The position numbers were made by a program, and so were the translations under genes. A DNA stretch of 64,000 nt from an uncultured Gammaproteobacteria bacterium (GTDB lineage Bacteria > Patescibacteriota > Patescibacteriia > UBA11705 > DATKZF01), in assembly GCA_964411255.1 (NCBI GenBank), contig CAYPKD010000001.1:7331-71330 (forward strand), in the 5' to 3' direction. How positions within the stretch are numbered: position 1 is the stretch's first letter; each line of letters starts with the position of its first letter. Of this stretch, positions 26,652 through 36,758 are shown in pieces. The notes under the pieces were generated by a model. It worked only from the letters and a program-made list of their open reading frames with translations. It was not told the origin of the DNA and did not search any database.

Positions 26652-27542
26652 TTACCACAAATAATTCATTCCTTTAGAATTCTTTACTGCTTCCATTTTC
26701 TCAATAATCTCTCTATAATCTTTTAATTTTTGATTTTCAGGATTGATTCTTTTCAAACTATTTAACGCCTCTACGGCCAACACTTTATTTTTAGCTGCAA
26801 TGCTTGCTTCAATTAATAAGTCTAGATTTCGCGGATTATTTGGTTCAAGCTGAACGGCCTTTTTAAAATATTCAATACAATTTGTAAAATCTTCCATGGC
26901 AAACAAAACTTCTCCTAAATCCACATAATCATCAGCCAAATCAATACTGTTTGAAAATGTTTTTATTTCTTTTCCATCTTCCTGCTTTGTAATTTCCTCA
27001 CTGCCCTTTAGATCTAATTTTAAAACAAATTTATATGTTTCCAAAGCCTGTTTATATTCCTTCTTTTTCATATACAAATCAGCCAGTCCCGTATATGCCT
27101 TTTTTTCCTGCGGCGCTAAGCTGATAATTTCAATATACTTTTTCTCAGCCTCCTCATAATCTTCCTTTTTATAACTTTCCTGCGCTTCATCCAATATCTG
27201 ATCAATTTTTCTTTTAAATTCCATTGAATTTTTTGCCACTCCTTTTGTTTCTTCCCTTTTATATTTCTTTTCCAAATCCTGCGCCTTTTTATATAAACTT
27301 TTTAAGCTATCAGAAAATTTTGCCCATGACGGCACCAGCCCTTTTAATACCACTTCCTTTGTCTTTGTTGTCTTTCGCTTTAATCTGCCAATTAAAATCT
27401 TATCTCTGGTCTGCTTTTCCTTTTCCCGGGAAATTGTAGAAATATCTAAAGTCCTCAGCTGGGGCATTTTTTTTACAATTATAAATACAATGATGCCCAA
27501 ACTGACAACAATAACTCCTAATAATATCCAGAATAAAATCAT
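26652..27542 (-). CDS. Membrane-anchored TPR protein
   Basis: N-terminal TM helix; TPR motifs (AYTGLADLY, YVDLGEV..FKKAVQLEPNNP). Confidence 0.85.
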   Translation of the reverse strand: MILFWILLGVIVVSLGIIVFIIVKKMPQLRTLDISTISREKEKQTRDKILIGRLKRKTTKTKEVVLKGLVPSWAKFSDSLKSLYKKAQDLEKKYKREETKGVAKNSMEFKRKIDQILDEAQESYKKEDYEEAEKKYIEIISLAPQEKKAYTGLADLYMKKKEYKQALETYKFVLKLDLKGSEEITKQEDGKEIKTFSNSIDLADDYVDLGEVLFAMEDFTNCIEYFKKAVQLEPNNPRNLDLLIEASIAAKNKVLAVEALNSLKRINPENQKLKDYREIIEKMEAVKNSKGMNYLW

Positions 27543-27634
27543 ATAGTGAAATAAAAATAAGATAAAAATACCTTATTTGCCAATAATCTTATTAAAACAA
27601 TTTAACAGCTAAAATAACAAAAGTCAACTATGCT

Positions 27635-28357
27635 TTAGAAAATCTTTTTTAACTCATCCGCATCCAAACTTGTTTTACCCACTAAAAATCCATTAATTTC
27701 TTTAACCTTTAAATACTCTTTAATATTTTTACTATTTACACTGCCACCATATAAAAAATTTGTTTTCTCATCCCAAAAGTCACTACCCAGCATAGATACT
27801 ATCATTCTCTTTGCCATCCTGCCTACGTTTTTAACAATGTCTGCTGAACAGTTTTTACCTGTGCCGATTGCCCAGACTGGTTCATAAGCCAGCATTATTC
27901 GGTTATTTTCATTCGGCTTAATTGTATTCAGAGCTGATTTAATCTGGTTGACAATAACTTGCTCACGATTTTCCATCTCTTCTTCTTTTTCTCCAAAGCA
28001 CAATATTGGAATTATCTGAGCTTTCCAGGCCTGTTTTACTTTTTGATTAATCAATTCATCAGTTTCATTTAAATGCTGCCTTCTTTCTGAATGGCCGATA
28101 ATTACATATTTGCAGTCCAATTCTTTTAACGTTTTGGCTGAAACTTCTCCAGTGTATGATCCTTTTTCCCAGGCAGCGCAATTTTGAGCAGCCAAATCAA
28201 GACTGCACTGTTTTCGAACTGCCCGCAGCATTGGAAAACTGGGTGCCAAAATTAACTCAAACTTTTTTTGAGGTAAAGATCTGGCATTTGCTGCTAAGCT
28301 CAAGGTTTCACCAAAACCCAGATTCATTTTCCAATTAGCAATAAAATATTTTTTCAT
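27635..28357 (-). CDS. tpiA: Triosephosphate isomerase
   Basis: ANWKMN, GHSERR, AYEPVWAIGTG, YGGSV; start at MKKYFIANWK. Confidence 0.97.
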   Translation of the reverse strand: MKKYFIANWKMNLGFGETLSLAANARSLPQKKFELILAPSFPMLRAVRKQCSLDLAAQNCAAWEKGSYTGEVSAKTLKELDCKYVIIGHSERRQHLNETDELINQKVKQAWKAQIIPILCFGEKEEEMENREQVIVNQIKSALNTIKPNENNRIMLAYEPVWAIGTGKNCSADIVKNVGRMAKRMIVSMLGSDFWDEKTNFLYGGSVNSKNIKEYLKVKEINGFLVGKTSLDADELKKIF

Positions 28358-28366
28358 ATATATATG

Positions 28367-28473
28367 ATCCGAATAACCCAAATCACCAATCCGAATGCCA
28401 CGAATATAAACCATAATTATTTCAAAATATTCGGGGCATTTGGGGTATTCGCATACATTCGAGGCTTCGGATT
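28367..28473. repeat. CCGAAT array followed by inverted ATTCG array
   Basis: atccgaat aacccaaat ...ccgaatgccacgaat / attcggggcatttggggtattcgcatacattcg. Confidence 0.75.
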
Positions 28474-28478
28474 ATTTT

Positions 28479-29588
28479 CTAAATTCTGGCCGACGACCGA
28501 GCGCCGCGAAAGTCAAAACGATAATCCGGACTAGACCAATCCAAGAGCAACCGCCCATTGCCTCGATTCCAGTAAAAACAGCCAACGCCGCCCGCGCTCT
28601 TTAAATATCCTGCTAAATTCCAATTTACTTTGCCACTTCCCTGATAATCATCAATTCCTTTGTTGTTTTTTTGTAAATAATGCATGAAATATACCAATTC
28701 CGCTTCCGGTGTCATACCGCTTTCACCCTTGTATTGAGGATCGGTTTGCATTTTCTCCAAATACTGCTCTGGCGATTTATTCGCCTCCAATTGTTTTCTT
28801 TCCCCGACAGTTCTTCCCTTGCCTTCTGCTGGCAAATCCGGCAGATCTTCTATAAACATCACTTCCCATCCATCTGTATTTTCTATAATTTTTTCTTTTG
28901 TTTTGCCTCCATGATTTTCCTTATCATACTTTTCCGGATAATAAACCAAGTCACTATCACCTCCAATATCCACTTCTCCGCCTTTATACCCTTCTGCCAG
29001 CCAAATTGGCTTTTTCTCCCCTTTTTCCTCCTTTAGTTCAAGCAAATCTCCATTTGTACCTTTCAAATTTCTTTCTTTATGCTTTTTGATTATCAACTCT
29101 TTGGCTTTCTCTATTATATCGCTCAACTTCATGCCAAACGGCACTATTAAAAGCTGCGTAAAGCCCTGTTCTCTCTTTTTTTCAAGCAATTCTTTTTTTG
29201 CCTCAACTCGTTTCAAAATATCATCATAGGATGGGATTGGTCTGGGCTGGTCTTTAATATCAATAAATCCCAGTTCTCCGCTTGGTAATTTTTCAATCAG
29301 TCCATTCTTTTTTAAAGTTTCTATCTGGTCTTCATATTGTTCTTTTAACTCAAAGGTCTTTTCACTTTCTTTTTTTCCCTTGATTTTCAATAATTCATTT
29401 TTGTAATCTGTATACAAATCCAAAGCTTCTTGCAACTTCCCAGCTTTTTCCGCAGCCACTGCCTTATCCATAATCTTACCTAAAAATTCCTTTTCTTCTG
29501 AGGTGAGTGGTACACGCTTAACTTCTGCCCGCTGCGGGCGGGCCATTTTTAATTGGCTTTCTAATGATTGTTTTGGATTTTCTGGCAT
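28479..29588 (-). CDS. Putative DGR variable (target) protein, paralog 2
   Basis: Start MPENPKQSLESQLKMARP; N-terminal DNA nearly identical to 1805..2902; divergent C-terminus ending RGARSSARI. Confidence 0.7.
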   Translation of the reverse strand: MPENPKQSLESQLKMARPQRAEVKRVPLTSEEKEFLGKIMDKAVAAEKAGKLQEALDLYTDYKNELLKIKGKKESEKTFELKEQYEDQIETLKKNGLIEKLPSGELGFIDIKDQPRPIPSYDDILKRVEAKKELLEKKREQGFTQLLIVPFGMKLSDIIEKAKELIIKKHKERNLKGTNGDLLELKEEKGEKKPIWLAEGYKGGEVDIGGDSDLVYYPEKYDKENHGGKTKEKIIENTDGWEVMFIEDLPDLPAEGKGRTVGERKQLEANKSPEQYLEKMQTDPQYKGESGMTPEAELVYFMHYLQKNNKGIDDYQGSGKVNWNLAGYLKSAGGVGCFYWNRGNGRLLLDWSSPDYRFDFRGARSSARI

Positions 29589-29613
29589 ATAGTAATAATA
29601 TGCAATTCTCAAA

Positions 29614-30882
29614 TTATAATTCCAGCAATTTCCTAAACTTATCACTCCCGTCCAACGGTCCAATCATCGCTAAGTTTATATATTCTTTTTTAAATACTTC
29701 GTTAGCTACTTTTTTAACATCTTCTAAAGTTACTTTATCAAACAATGCAAACTTTTGTTCAGGTGTTAAAACTTCATTGGTTAAAATAGACTGCTTAGCA
29801 TACCATTCAGCCAGTTCAGAAGAATTTTCCAAATGCAATATTACTTTTCCCTTCAAAAAATCTTTTGCTTCCTGAAGTTCAGTTTCAGTCACACCCTCTT
29901 CTTTAGCTTTTTTTAATTCCTGTAAAATTAATTCTATAGCTTTTTCAATTCTATTAATATCTAATCCAGACTGAATAACTAAATTTCCCGTATCCTGATA
30001 GATATTTATATAGCTTCGGATAAAATAGCATAATCCCTGGCGTTCACGAATATTAATAAATAAACGCGAGCTCATATTGCCACCTAAAATTACTGATAAC
30101 AAATACAAAGCGTAAACTTTATCATCAAAATAACTAAACCCTGGGAATCCAAATGCCAGCTGAACTTGTTCTGTCTTTTGCTTTTTAATTTTTATTCTTG
30201 GTTCAGCTTGAGTAAATTCAAATTTTTTAAATTTTGGCACCTCTTCCTCTGTTCTTTCAAATGCAAAATATTTTTCCACTTTTTCTTTAATATTATCTGG
30301 GTAATTACCAGCCACGCAGATAACTAAATTTTTCGGCTGATAAAAAGTATTTTTATAATCAAGCAAATCCTGTCGACTGACTTTTTTTATTACATCTCTA
30401 GGTCCGCTAATCTGCCAGCCTAAAGTATTTCCTTTATAAATGCTTTGCTCCAACAAATCCTCTATGTACATCAATGGATTATCCTCATACATATTTATTT
30501 CCTCAACTATCACTCCTCTTTCTCGGTTCATTTCTTTTTCATCATACTTTGAATTCAGCAGCATGTCTGAAATAACATCCATTGCTAAATCAACTTTTTC
30601 TGAAGCAATTTTCACATAGTATGCGGTCCAGTCTTTTGATGTGGCTGCATTGTATTCAGCACCTACCCTGTCCAATTCCTTTGAGATTGCTAATGTGTTT
30701 GGGCGTTTTTCTGTGCCTTTGAACATCAAATGCTCAATAAAATGAGAAGCGCCGTTAATTACTGAGGTTTCATAGCGGGAACCAACTCCGAAAATTGTTA
30801 ATACTGAGGCTGCTTTTGTGCTTTTGTTTGGTACTAAAATCAATCTAGAACCATTTGGTAAAGTTATAATTTCATGTTTCAT
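29614..30882 (-). CDS. M16 (pitrilysin) family zinc peptidase
   Basis: HFIEH inverted motif, LGGNMSSRLF..IRERQGLCY; start MKHEIITL. Confidence 0.93.
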   Translation of the reverse strand: MKHEIITLPNGSRLILVPNKSTKAASVLTIFGVGSRYETSVINGASHFIEHLMFKGTEKRPNTLAISKELDRVGAEYNAATSKDWTAYYVKIASEKVDLAMDVISDMLLNSKYDEKEMNRERGVIVEEINMYEDNPLMYIEDLLEQSIYKGNTLGWQISGPRDVIKKVSRQDLLDYKNTFYQPKNLVICVAGNYPDNIKEKVEKYFAFERTEEEVPKFKKFEFTQAEPRIKIKKQKTEQVQLAFGFPGFSYFDDKVYALYLLSVILGGNMSSRLFINIRERQGLCYFIRSYINIYQDTGNLVIQSGLDINRIEKAIELILQELKKAKEEGVTETELQEAKDFLKGKVILHLENSSELAEWYAKQSILTNEVLTPEQKFALFDKVTLEDVKKVANEVFKKEYINLAMIGPLDGSDKFRKLLEL

Positions 30883-30967
30883 ATACAAACAGTATAGCGG
30901 AAAGTTATCAAAAAAACAACCGTTCGCAAATAAAAAAACCAAGAATTTGATTCTTGGTTTGTGCTTG

Positions 30968-33900
30968 TTATATCTTAATTTTCTTTCGTCTGGATATGAT
31001 CCAGAGTACAAATATTGCTAGCCAAAATACTGTCGGATATCCTCCTCCAGCTTGGCACATATTGCCACCGACTCGCTGGATTTCAAAATCATCTTCTGCA
31101 TTGGCTGGCAGAGAAGTTGGGTCATCATGTTCAAACATGGGTACAACTTCAAAAGTTTCGTATTTCGTTAATTCAACCCCGTCGTCAAACGTAGCTATAC
31201 AACTGACAGTATATGTTCCAATTTCATCGATTGTAAAATAATATCTGATATCAAAGCATTGGCCATTGTCCTGCGCTTCTTTTCTAAATCTTATAAAGTC
31301 ACAGACCACATCCTGGAAGCAGTGATCGTTAAGCGCATACGGCCAGAGCATAGCTTCCTCTCCGGCAAATGGCTGCTCAGGAAGAATAGATATAATAAAG
31401 TTATGATCATCATTGACTTGTTCATCTATCTGACATTGATCATCAATGCATACTTCATTATTTCCACACCTTTGTGCAACACCATAATAGGCATTTTCAG
31501 CTTCATCAAACCATTTCACTGTATTGCCATCGCATTTACGCGCAAATACCCTGTCATAATCATCTTCAGTATTAAAGCCGCCAATATCTACATGGCCATG
31601 ATCATATTCACCATCCCAATTTACCAAATCCCAATGATTTACCTGGAATTGTTCAACTACCTCAATAAACTCAATTGACGGCTGAGATGGTAATAAAAAT
31701 TCAGAATTAAATATTTCTGCTGCTTGCTTCAAATCTGATGCATCAGTTACAAATGCATCAAAAGCATCATCGCCATAATTTTGCTTGATTGCATTTTCTA
31801 CAAATTCTTTTGCTTGGTTATGATCCAGCTTGTTAGCCCAATTGTAAATGGCTTCAAGCTGATGTCTTTCAAGTTTACTCTCAGCTTTATCATACATATA
31901 TGTATCAGCCCACCATTTTCCATCTTTTACAATGCCAGAAGGCGGATTTGAATCAAAATCTATTACTTTATCCAGTTTTCCCTTCACAATATTGCTATAA
32001 GCATCACCAGTAGTGGTTTGATCCATCATAAATAGATCATTGAAATATTCAATCACTGGATTTTTTCCATCATATGTTTCTATTTGAAATCCCTTATGAA
32101 TCAAGCCTCTTGCTTGCAAGAAATGTCCCATTTCATGTTCAAGAGCAACAATGAAAATTTCTTCTTTTGTTACAAGTAAACCATAATATCCTTCTGGTAT
32201 ATTCACTCCCAGCTTTATTTTATTATAATCATACATATACGCTCCATATGGAGCAGGAATATCTACTTCTCTTAACAATATTTTTAAATCATCAAAGTAT
32301 GTACCGGCAACATTTGCACCCAACACTCTGACTTTTTCATACACAGGCTGTACTTTGTTTGCCTTAAACAAAGCAAGAAAGAATTCTTCGTTAAGCTCAC
32401 TTACCCATTTAAATCCATGAAATGGTCCATTGTTTATAGCATTGAAATAAATGAACTCTTCACCACCTTGCTTAATCCAAATAGGATTTTTATACAAACG
32501 ACTGCTCTTCTTAAGATTATTTCCTACTTTGAAATATGCATGTCTTCTTTCAAATACTTCTTCGCCAAAGATATAGCTCATCTTGGCGCCAAGACCTTTT
32601 CTGTCAATTTTGGCAACAAATTGGGTGATTCCATATTTGCTTGCCATCTTTTTAATACCTTGAGCGCCAACCGTTTTGGCAATGCCAAAAAACAACGTTC
32701 CCAAAGCAATCTGCGGATTATCCATAAAGGCCAAAAGCCATTCGACACATATCTCGCAGGCATCTGGGCCCCAGAGCGCGCCAGGATATATAAAATCCTC
32801 ATCTGTAATTCCGCCGTCTAACACGTCAGACAAATTAAAGTCAAGAATAAATGCGCCAATATTGTCTGGGTGGCTGCATGAAGCGCAGCTTATGGCTGAA
32901 ATAAACTGGAAACCAGGATCAAAAAATTCCCAGCCTTTATCCCACCATTCACTAAGCCATTCCCAGACTTCTTTAATTTCTTCTTCATCTGCGATCACAT
33001 TGGCTTTCTCAAACATTTCCTCACATCTATATGTAATCGTCTCCTCAGAGCTCAAGCAGTCCAAATAAACAATAGAATCCTCAGCGTCTTGTTCATTTTC
33101 TAGCTCTTCAATCATTTTGCTTACAAATTCCTGCAAGGATAAGCCAGCATAATAAGGCGATACCTTAAGCCAGGAAATTGTATCATTTGTATCAAGCACA
33201 ACTGAATCAACATGATGAACTTCAAAATAATATTCTGGTTCATAAATACAAACTGGCCCTTCGCATGACTGGAAGGGATTTGCTGCATCTTTCATAAAGA
33301 CAGCCTGCCATTCAACTACAGTTGTTGTTGAATTAACCGTAACAAACGGATATGCCAGCTGAAAATCATCTGGCAGGATCCACCAGTCCTCTTCATATAT
33401 GACAAAGGAAATTACTTCGCCATCGCAATACCCATTATTTAAAACAATTAATTCTACCCGTTCACCATCAATTACTTCTATCTTAGACCACCATGCGCTT
33501 AGAAATTCGCATTCTTCAGGAATTGGAGGCACATATTCTTCAACACATTCAGCATTTTCATTGTTTTCATCAGCCAGGCAGATAAAACCCTGATCGCACT
33601 GCTGATATTGTTCATAAACAATGCCATTACTGTCATAACACCAAACTGAATTAGTCTGATAATCGCATTGTAAAGTTGCACACGTATCATATTGGCAGGC
33701 AAGACAAGATCCTTGCTCACATCCGCAAATGCAACCTTCTATAATTTGCTGAGAAATATCTGAATCGAAAACACAACTAACGGTATTAACATCACAAATT
33801 GCAGATATGGTTTCCACTTCTTGAACAATATTGATTCCTTCACAATAGGCAGCACTATATTCAATAGATCCCTCACATAATTGTAAAATTTCAATTGAAA

Positions 33901-35563
33901 GCACTTCTTCATATTCATAACAAGATGCATCAGCGCAACCTTTGTTTAATTTAATAATGTCAAATACGACATTATTATCTAAACAATAATTCATGCCTAA
34001 GTATTCTGAATCAGTGCCGCAATCAGTCATATTCCAGGCTGTGTTGCAGCTTCCTGGCAGTTCCACACACTCAAGCAATAGATTTAAATCACAATATTTA
34101 TCATTAAGACTGCATATAGAAATATCGCAGTACTGGCAAGCTTGTTCATCAAAATAAGATGGCTGGCCGCAGACAGTATCAATACATTCGAATTGCTGTG
34201 TGCCATCAGGCTGGCAGTCTTCAGTTGGGCTACAATCCCAGTCTGGAGTACAACCCAAACATTGATCTGTATCTTGATCACATCCCCATTCGCATTCAAC
34301 ATGAACTTGCTCATAATTATATTGAAAACACCAACCGCAGGAATTATTTTCACAACAACGAACTGAATAACTGTTAAGCTTAACTAAATGGCCGCTTTCA
34401 CTGCTGCAATATTGCCCACTAACAGGGCCTGAGCTTGAGGCATTACCACATTCTTCTACCATATGATCTGGCTGATTTGATGCATTAAAGCACCACAAGT
34501 CATTGTTATGGCAATCGGTGTACTCACATGTTGGATCAGAAACGCATTCTCCATTTTCACAAGCACCAAGACAGGTTTGTTGATTTTGTTTTTTATAGCA
34601 ACAATTATATTCGTCTAAAACGCAGTCATATGCCACATTGCCATCGCAATGATTGTCAAACAGAAAGCACTCATCTGTACAATTGGTACAGCCTTCAATT
34701 TCAGCAGGCTTGCCATCATTTACTCCACAATTATTCAGGTCATTACAAGTCCGAGTTCTAAAGCAGTTCGCACATGAAGACCAAACACTGCAGCTCCAAT
34801 TTGGAGTACAATTTGAATCAACATTAAAATAAATCCAATCAATATATACTTCACTTCCACCATCGATTTTTACATAAACATCTACATCTGCAGCACCTGC
34901 TTCAGTTGCCACGCCACAAAATGGTCCTACCCAATTACTATCAGTTTCACCCAAAGTAAAATTAGGTGAATACGTATCATCTGACCAATTGATATTAACT
35001 GAACCTGATACCGTTTGCACTCGAACATTTGTGATATAGCAGTCAAACTCTCCAGAATTGTGTATTTCCAGCTCTTCACAAAAAGATTCATCCTGCATAA
35101 TATTGTAAAAATCCCAATCAGGGATTCCCAATTCACTAACATCACAATCACCTGCTGACGTATCTTCAACAGTAACAGTCACCCAGTCATAATCTGAATG
35201 GACCTCAAATCCATCACAGTCAAACATCAAGCCATCAACCCGGTAATCATATACACCAGGCGAAGTTGGAGCTGCAATATCTAAATATTCAACATGGCCA
35301 GTTACTGGCGCGTAAAAATATCCGTCAGTATATCCTTCCAAACCACCGCCAGGTTCCATAACTGTAAAATTAAATTGAACTGAACATTGGGCAACTTCTC
35401 CCAGCGCAGTAAATGCGCCTTCAAACCAGAGGATTTCCCCAGGCTGAACAATATTTCCATTTGGCGAATCATATAAATAATAAGCACCGGTTACATTCCA
35501 GGCCAATACTTTTGTACTGATAAACATTAAAATAATACTAATTATGCTAATTGTCTTTCTCAT
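30968..35563 (-). CDS. Large secreted Cys-rich protein with HExxH region and C-terminal membrane anchor
   Basis: Signal peptide MRKTISII..VLA after SD GGAGGAG; CTPNWSC..W..C repeats; EHEMGH; C-terminal GGNMCQAGGG-TM-RRKK. Confidence 0.8.
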   Translation of the reverse strand: MRKTISIISIILMFISTKVLAWNVTGAYYLYDSPNGNIVQPGEILWFEGAFTALGEVAQCSVQFNFTVMEPGGGLEGYTDGYFYAPVTGHVEYLDIAAPTSPGVYDYRVDGLMFDCDGFEVHSDYDWVTVTVEDTSAGDCDVSELGIPDWDFYNIMQDESFCEELEIHNSGEFDCYITNVRVQTVSGSVNINWSDDTYSPNFTLGETDSNWVGPFCGVATEAGAADVDVYVKIDGGSEVYIDWIYFNVDSNCTPNWSCSVWSSCANCFRTRTCNDLNNCGVNDGKPAEIEGCTNCTDECFLFDNHCDGNVAYDCVLDEYNCCYKKQNQQTCLGACENGECVSDPTCEYTDCHNNDLWCFNASNQPDHMVEECGNASSSGPVSGQYCSSESGHLVKLNSYSVRCCENNSCGWCFQYNYEQVHVECEWGCDQDTDQCLGCTPDWDCSPTEDCQPDGTQQFECIDTVCGQPSYFDEQACQYCDISICSLNDKYCDLNLLLECVELPGSCNTAWNMTDCGTDSEYLGMNYCLDNNVVFDIIKLNKGCADASCYEYEEVLSIEILQLCEGSIEYSAAYCEGINIVQEVETISAICDVNTVSCVFDSDISQQIIEGCICGCEQGSCLACQYDTCATLQCDYQTNSVWCYDSNGIVYEQYQQCDQGFICLADENNENAECVEEYVPPIPEECEFLSAWWSKIEVIDGERVELIVLNNGYCDGEVISFVIYEEDWWILPDDFQLAYPFVTVNSTTTVVEWQAVFMKDAANPFQSCEGPVCIYEPEYYFEVHHVDSVVLDTNDTISWLKVSPYYAGLSLQEFVSKMIEELENEQDAEDSIVYLDCLSSEETITYRCEEMFEKANVIADEEEIKEVWEWLSEWWDKGWEFFDPGFQFISAISCASCSHPDNIGAFILDFNLSDVLDGGITDEDFIYPGALWGPDACEICVEWLLAFMDNPQIALGTLFFGIAKTVGAQGIKKMASKYGITQFVAKIDRKGLGAKMSYIFGEEVFERRHAYFKVGNNLKKSSRLYKNPIWIKQGGEEFIYFNAINNGPFHGFKWVSELNEEFFLALFKANKVQPVYEKVRVLGANVAGTYFDDLKILLREVDIPAPYGAYMYDYNKIKLGVNIPEGYYGLLVTKEEIFIVALEHEMGHFLQARGLIHKGFQIETYDGKNPVIEYFNDLFMMDQTTTGDAYSNIVKGKLDKVIDFDSNPPSGIVKDGKWWADTYMYDKAESKLERHQLEAIYNWANKLDHNQAKEFVENAIKQNYGDDAFDAFVTDASDLKQAAEIFNSEFLLPSQPSIEFIEVVEQFQVNHWDLVNWDGEYDHGHVDIGGFNTEDDYDRVFARKCDGNTVKWFDEAENAYYGVAQRCGNNEVCIDDQCQIDEQVNDDHNFIISILPEQPFAGEEAMLWPYALNDHCFQDVVCDFIRFRKEAQDNGQCFDIRYYFTIDEIGTYTVSCIATFDDGVELTKYETFEVVPMFEHDDPTSLPANAEDDFEIQRVGGNMCQAGGGYPTVFWLAIFVLWIISRRKKIKI

Positions 35564-35732
35564 CGTACTGCTCTCCTCCATCATACTTTTTGTTGTCAAA
35601 GGTCAAACAACCGATTTGGCTGATGTTAAGTTTAACAAAAACTTATTAAACCTGAGCCTTAACCAAATCATTGTAGCTTATACTCTTTCTGATAACTTTT
35701 CAAGTCTTCAAAAAAACCGAGCTCTCGCCCGG

Positions 35733-36677
35733 TTATACTACTTCTATTTCACTATCACTTGATACCCCCACTCCAGCATCAACCGCTGCTTTTATCTGAT
35801 CCATTTTCCAAGGATCCTTTAATATATTTTCAGCTTTAAATTTATGCAAAACGCGCAATGCTTCAACATCAATTGCCACCCGATCACCGCTAGCCATGAT
35901 TACCTCAGATTCAACCACTTCGCCTTTGCTCGGGCCTTCGCATCGGAAAGCTTTTCTGCCGTCTAAAATAATTAAATCCGGCCACATCAAAGTATTTAGA
36001 TAGCCAATATTTTCATAAATATATTTATGGTTTTTCATATGAAAATAAAGCAACCGATCACCAACATTGATTAGACCCATAGATAATTTCAAACTCATTG
36101 TAAAATCTGCCCGGCAATGAGTTTTTAGACATGGTAAATAAATTAACTTTCTTTTTTTATAAAGCTCTTTTGATAAGACTGCCTTTTTCCAGTGAGGCGC
36201 TTCAAGTTCGACTGCAACCCAATCTTTATTTTCCAGAGAAAAAACTTTTGCGCCCGCTTGTTCACACTCGTTTTTTATACCCAAATCTAATACCCGCTCT
36301 GTCGGCAGCCAGTGAACGCCACTCATATCAGCCACAATTACATTTTTAGCTCCTGCTTCATAGCATAATTCAACTACGCTCCTAGCAAAGATTGGATCAG
36401 TAGACGCAGGAAACGGATCATCGCTGTTTAAGTTTGGTTTGATAAAAACCTCATCACCTGGTTTAATGATTTTTTCAAAACCGCCCAGGTGGTCAACTGC
36501 ATCTTTTATTTTTCTCCGTAAATCTGTTTTTCCCACATCATAGGGGCATTTTTCAATTGCCAACAAGGATTTGCCATCTTTTTTATAAAGATTTTTTTTC
36601 TTTCTTAATTTATCTCTTTTTTGTTTGGGATTCAATACAACAAATTTTGAGCTTTTTAAAAGTTGTGCAATATTCAT
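35733..36677 (-). CDS. DUF362 domain protein
   Basis: GDEVFIKPNL, LPCLKTH, TMSLKLSMG, DRVAIDV. Confidence 0.85.
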   Translation of the reverse strand: MNIAQLLKSSKFVVLNPKQKRDKLRKKKNLYKKDGKSLLAIEKCPYDVGKTDLRRKIKDAVDHLGGFEKIIKPGDEVFIKPNLNSDDPFPASTDPIFARSVVELCYEAGAKNVIVADMSGVHWLPTERVLDLGIKNECEQAGAKVFSLENKDWVAVELEAPHWKKAVLSKELYKKRKLIYLPCLKTHCRADFTMSLKLSMGLINVGDRLLYFHMKNHKYIYENIGYLNTLMWPDLIILDGRKAFRCEGPSKGEVVESEVIMASGDRVAIDVEALRVLHKFKAENILKDPWKMDQIKAAVDAGVGVSSDSEIEVV

Positions 36678-36687
36678 AGTTTTAGGA

Positions 36688-36758
36688 AGTAGATTGGTAG
36701 ATCAGTAGATTGGTAGATAAAGACTACCGATCTAACTCCCTACCGATCTACCAATCTA
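36688..36758. repeat. 8-bp TAGAT(T/C)GG array followed by inverted array
   Basis: agtagattggtagatcagtagattggtagat ... ctaccgatcta...ctaccgatctaccaatcta; also 5100..5143 and 53962..54022. Confidence 0.78.

Noticed and set aside
27635-35599. Long N-terminal extensions in the ORF track (tpiA 28414, 29663, 31011, 35599)
   Set aside because: They run through repeats or overlap neighbouring genes; downstream ATGs fit family starts or SD sites better.
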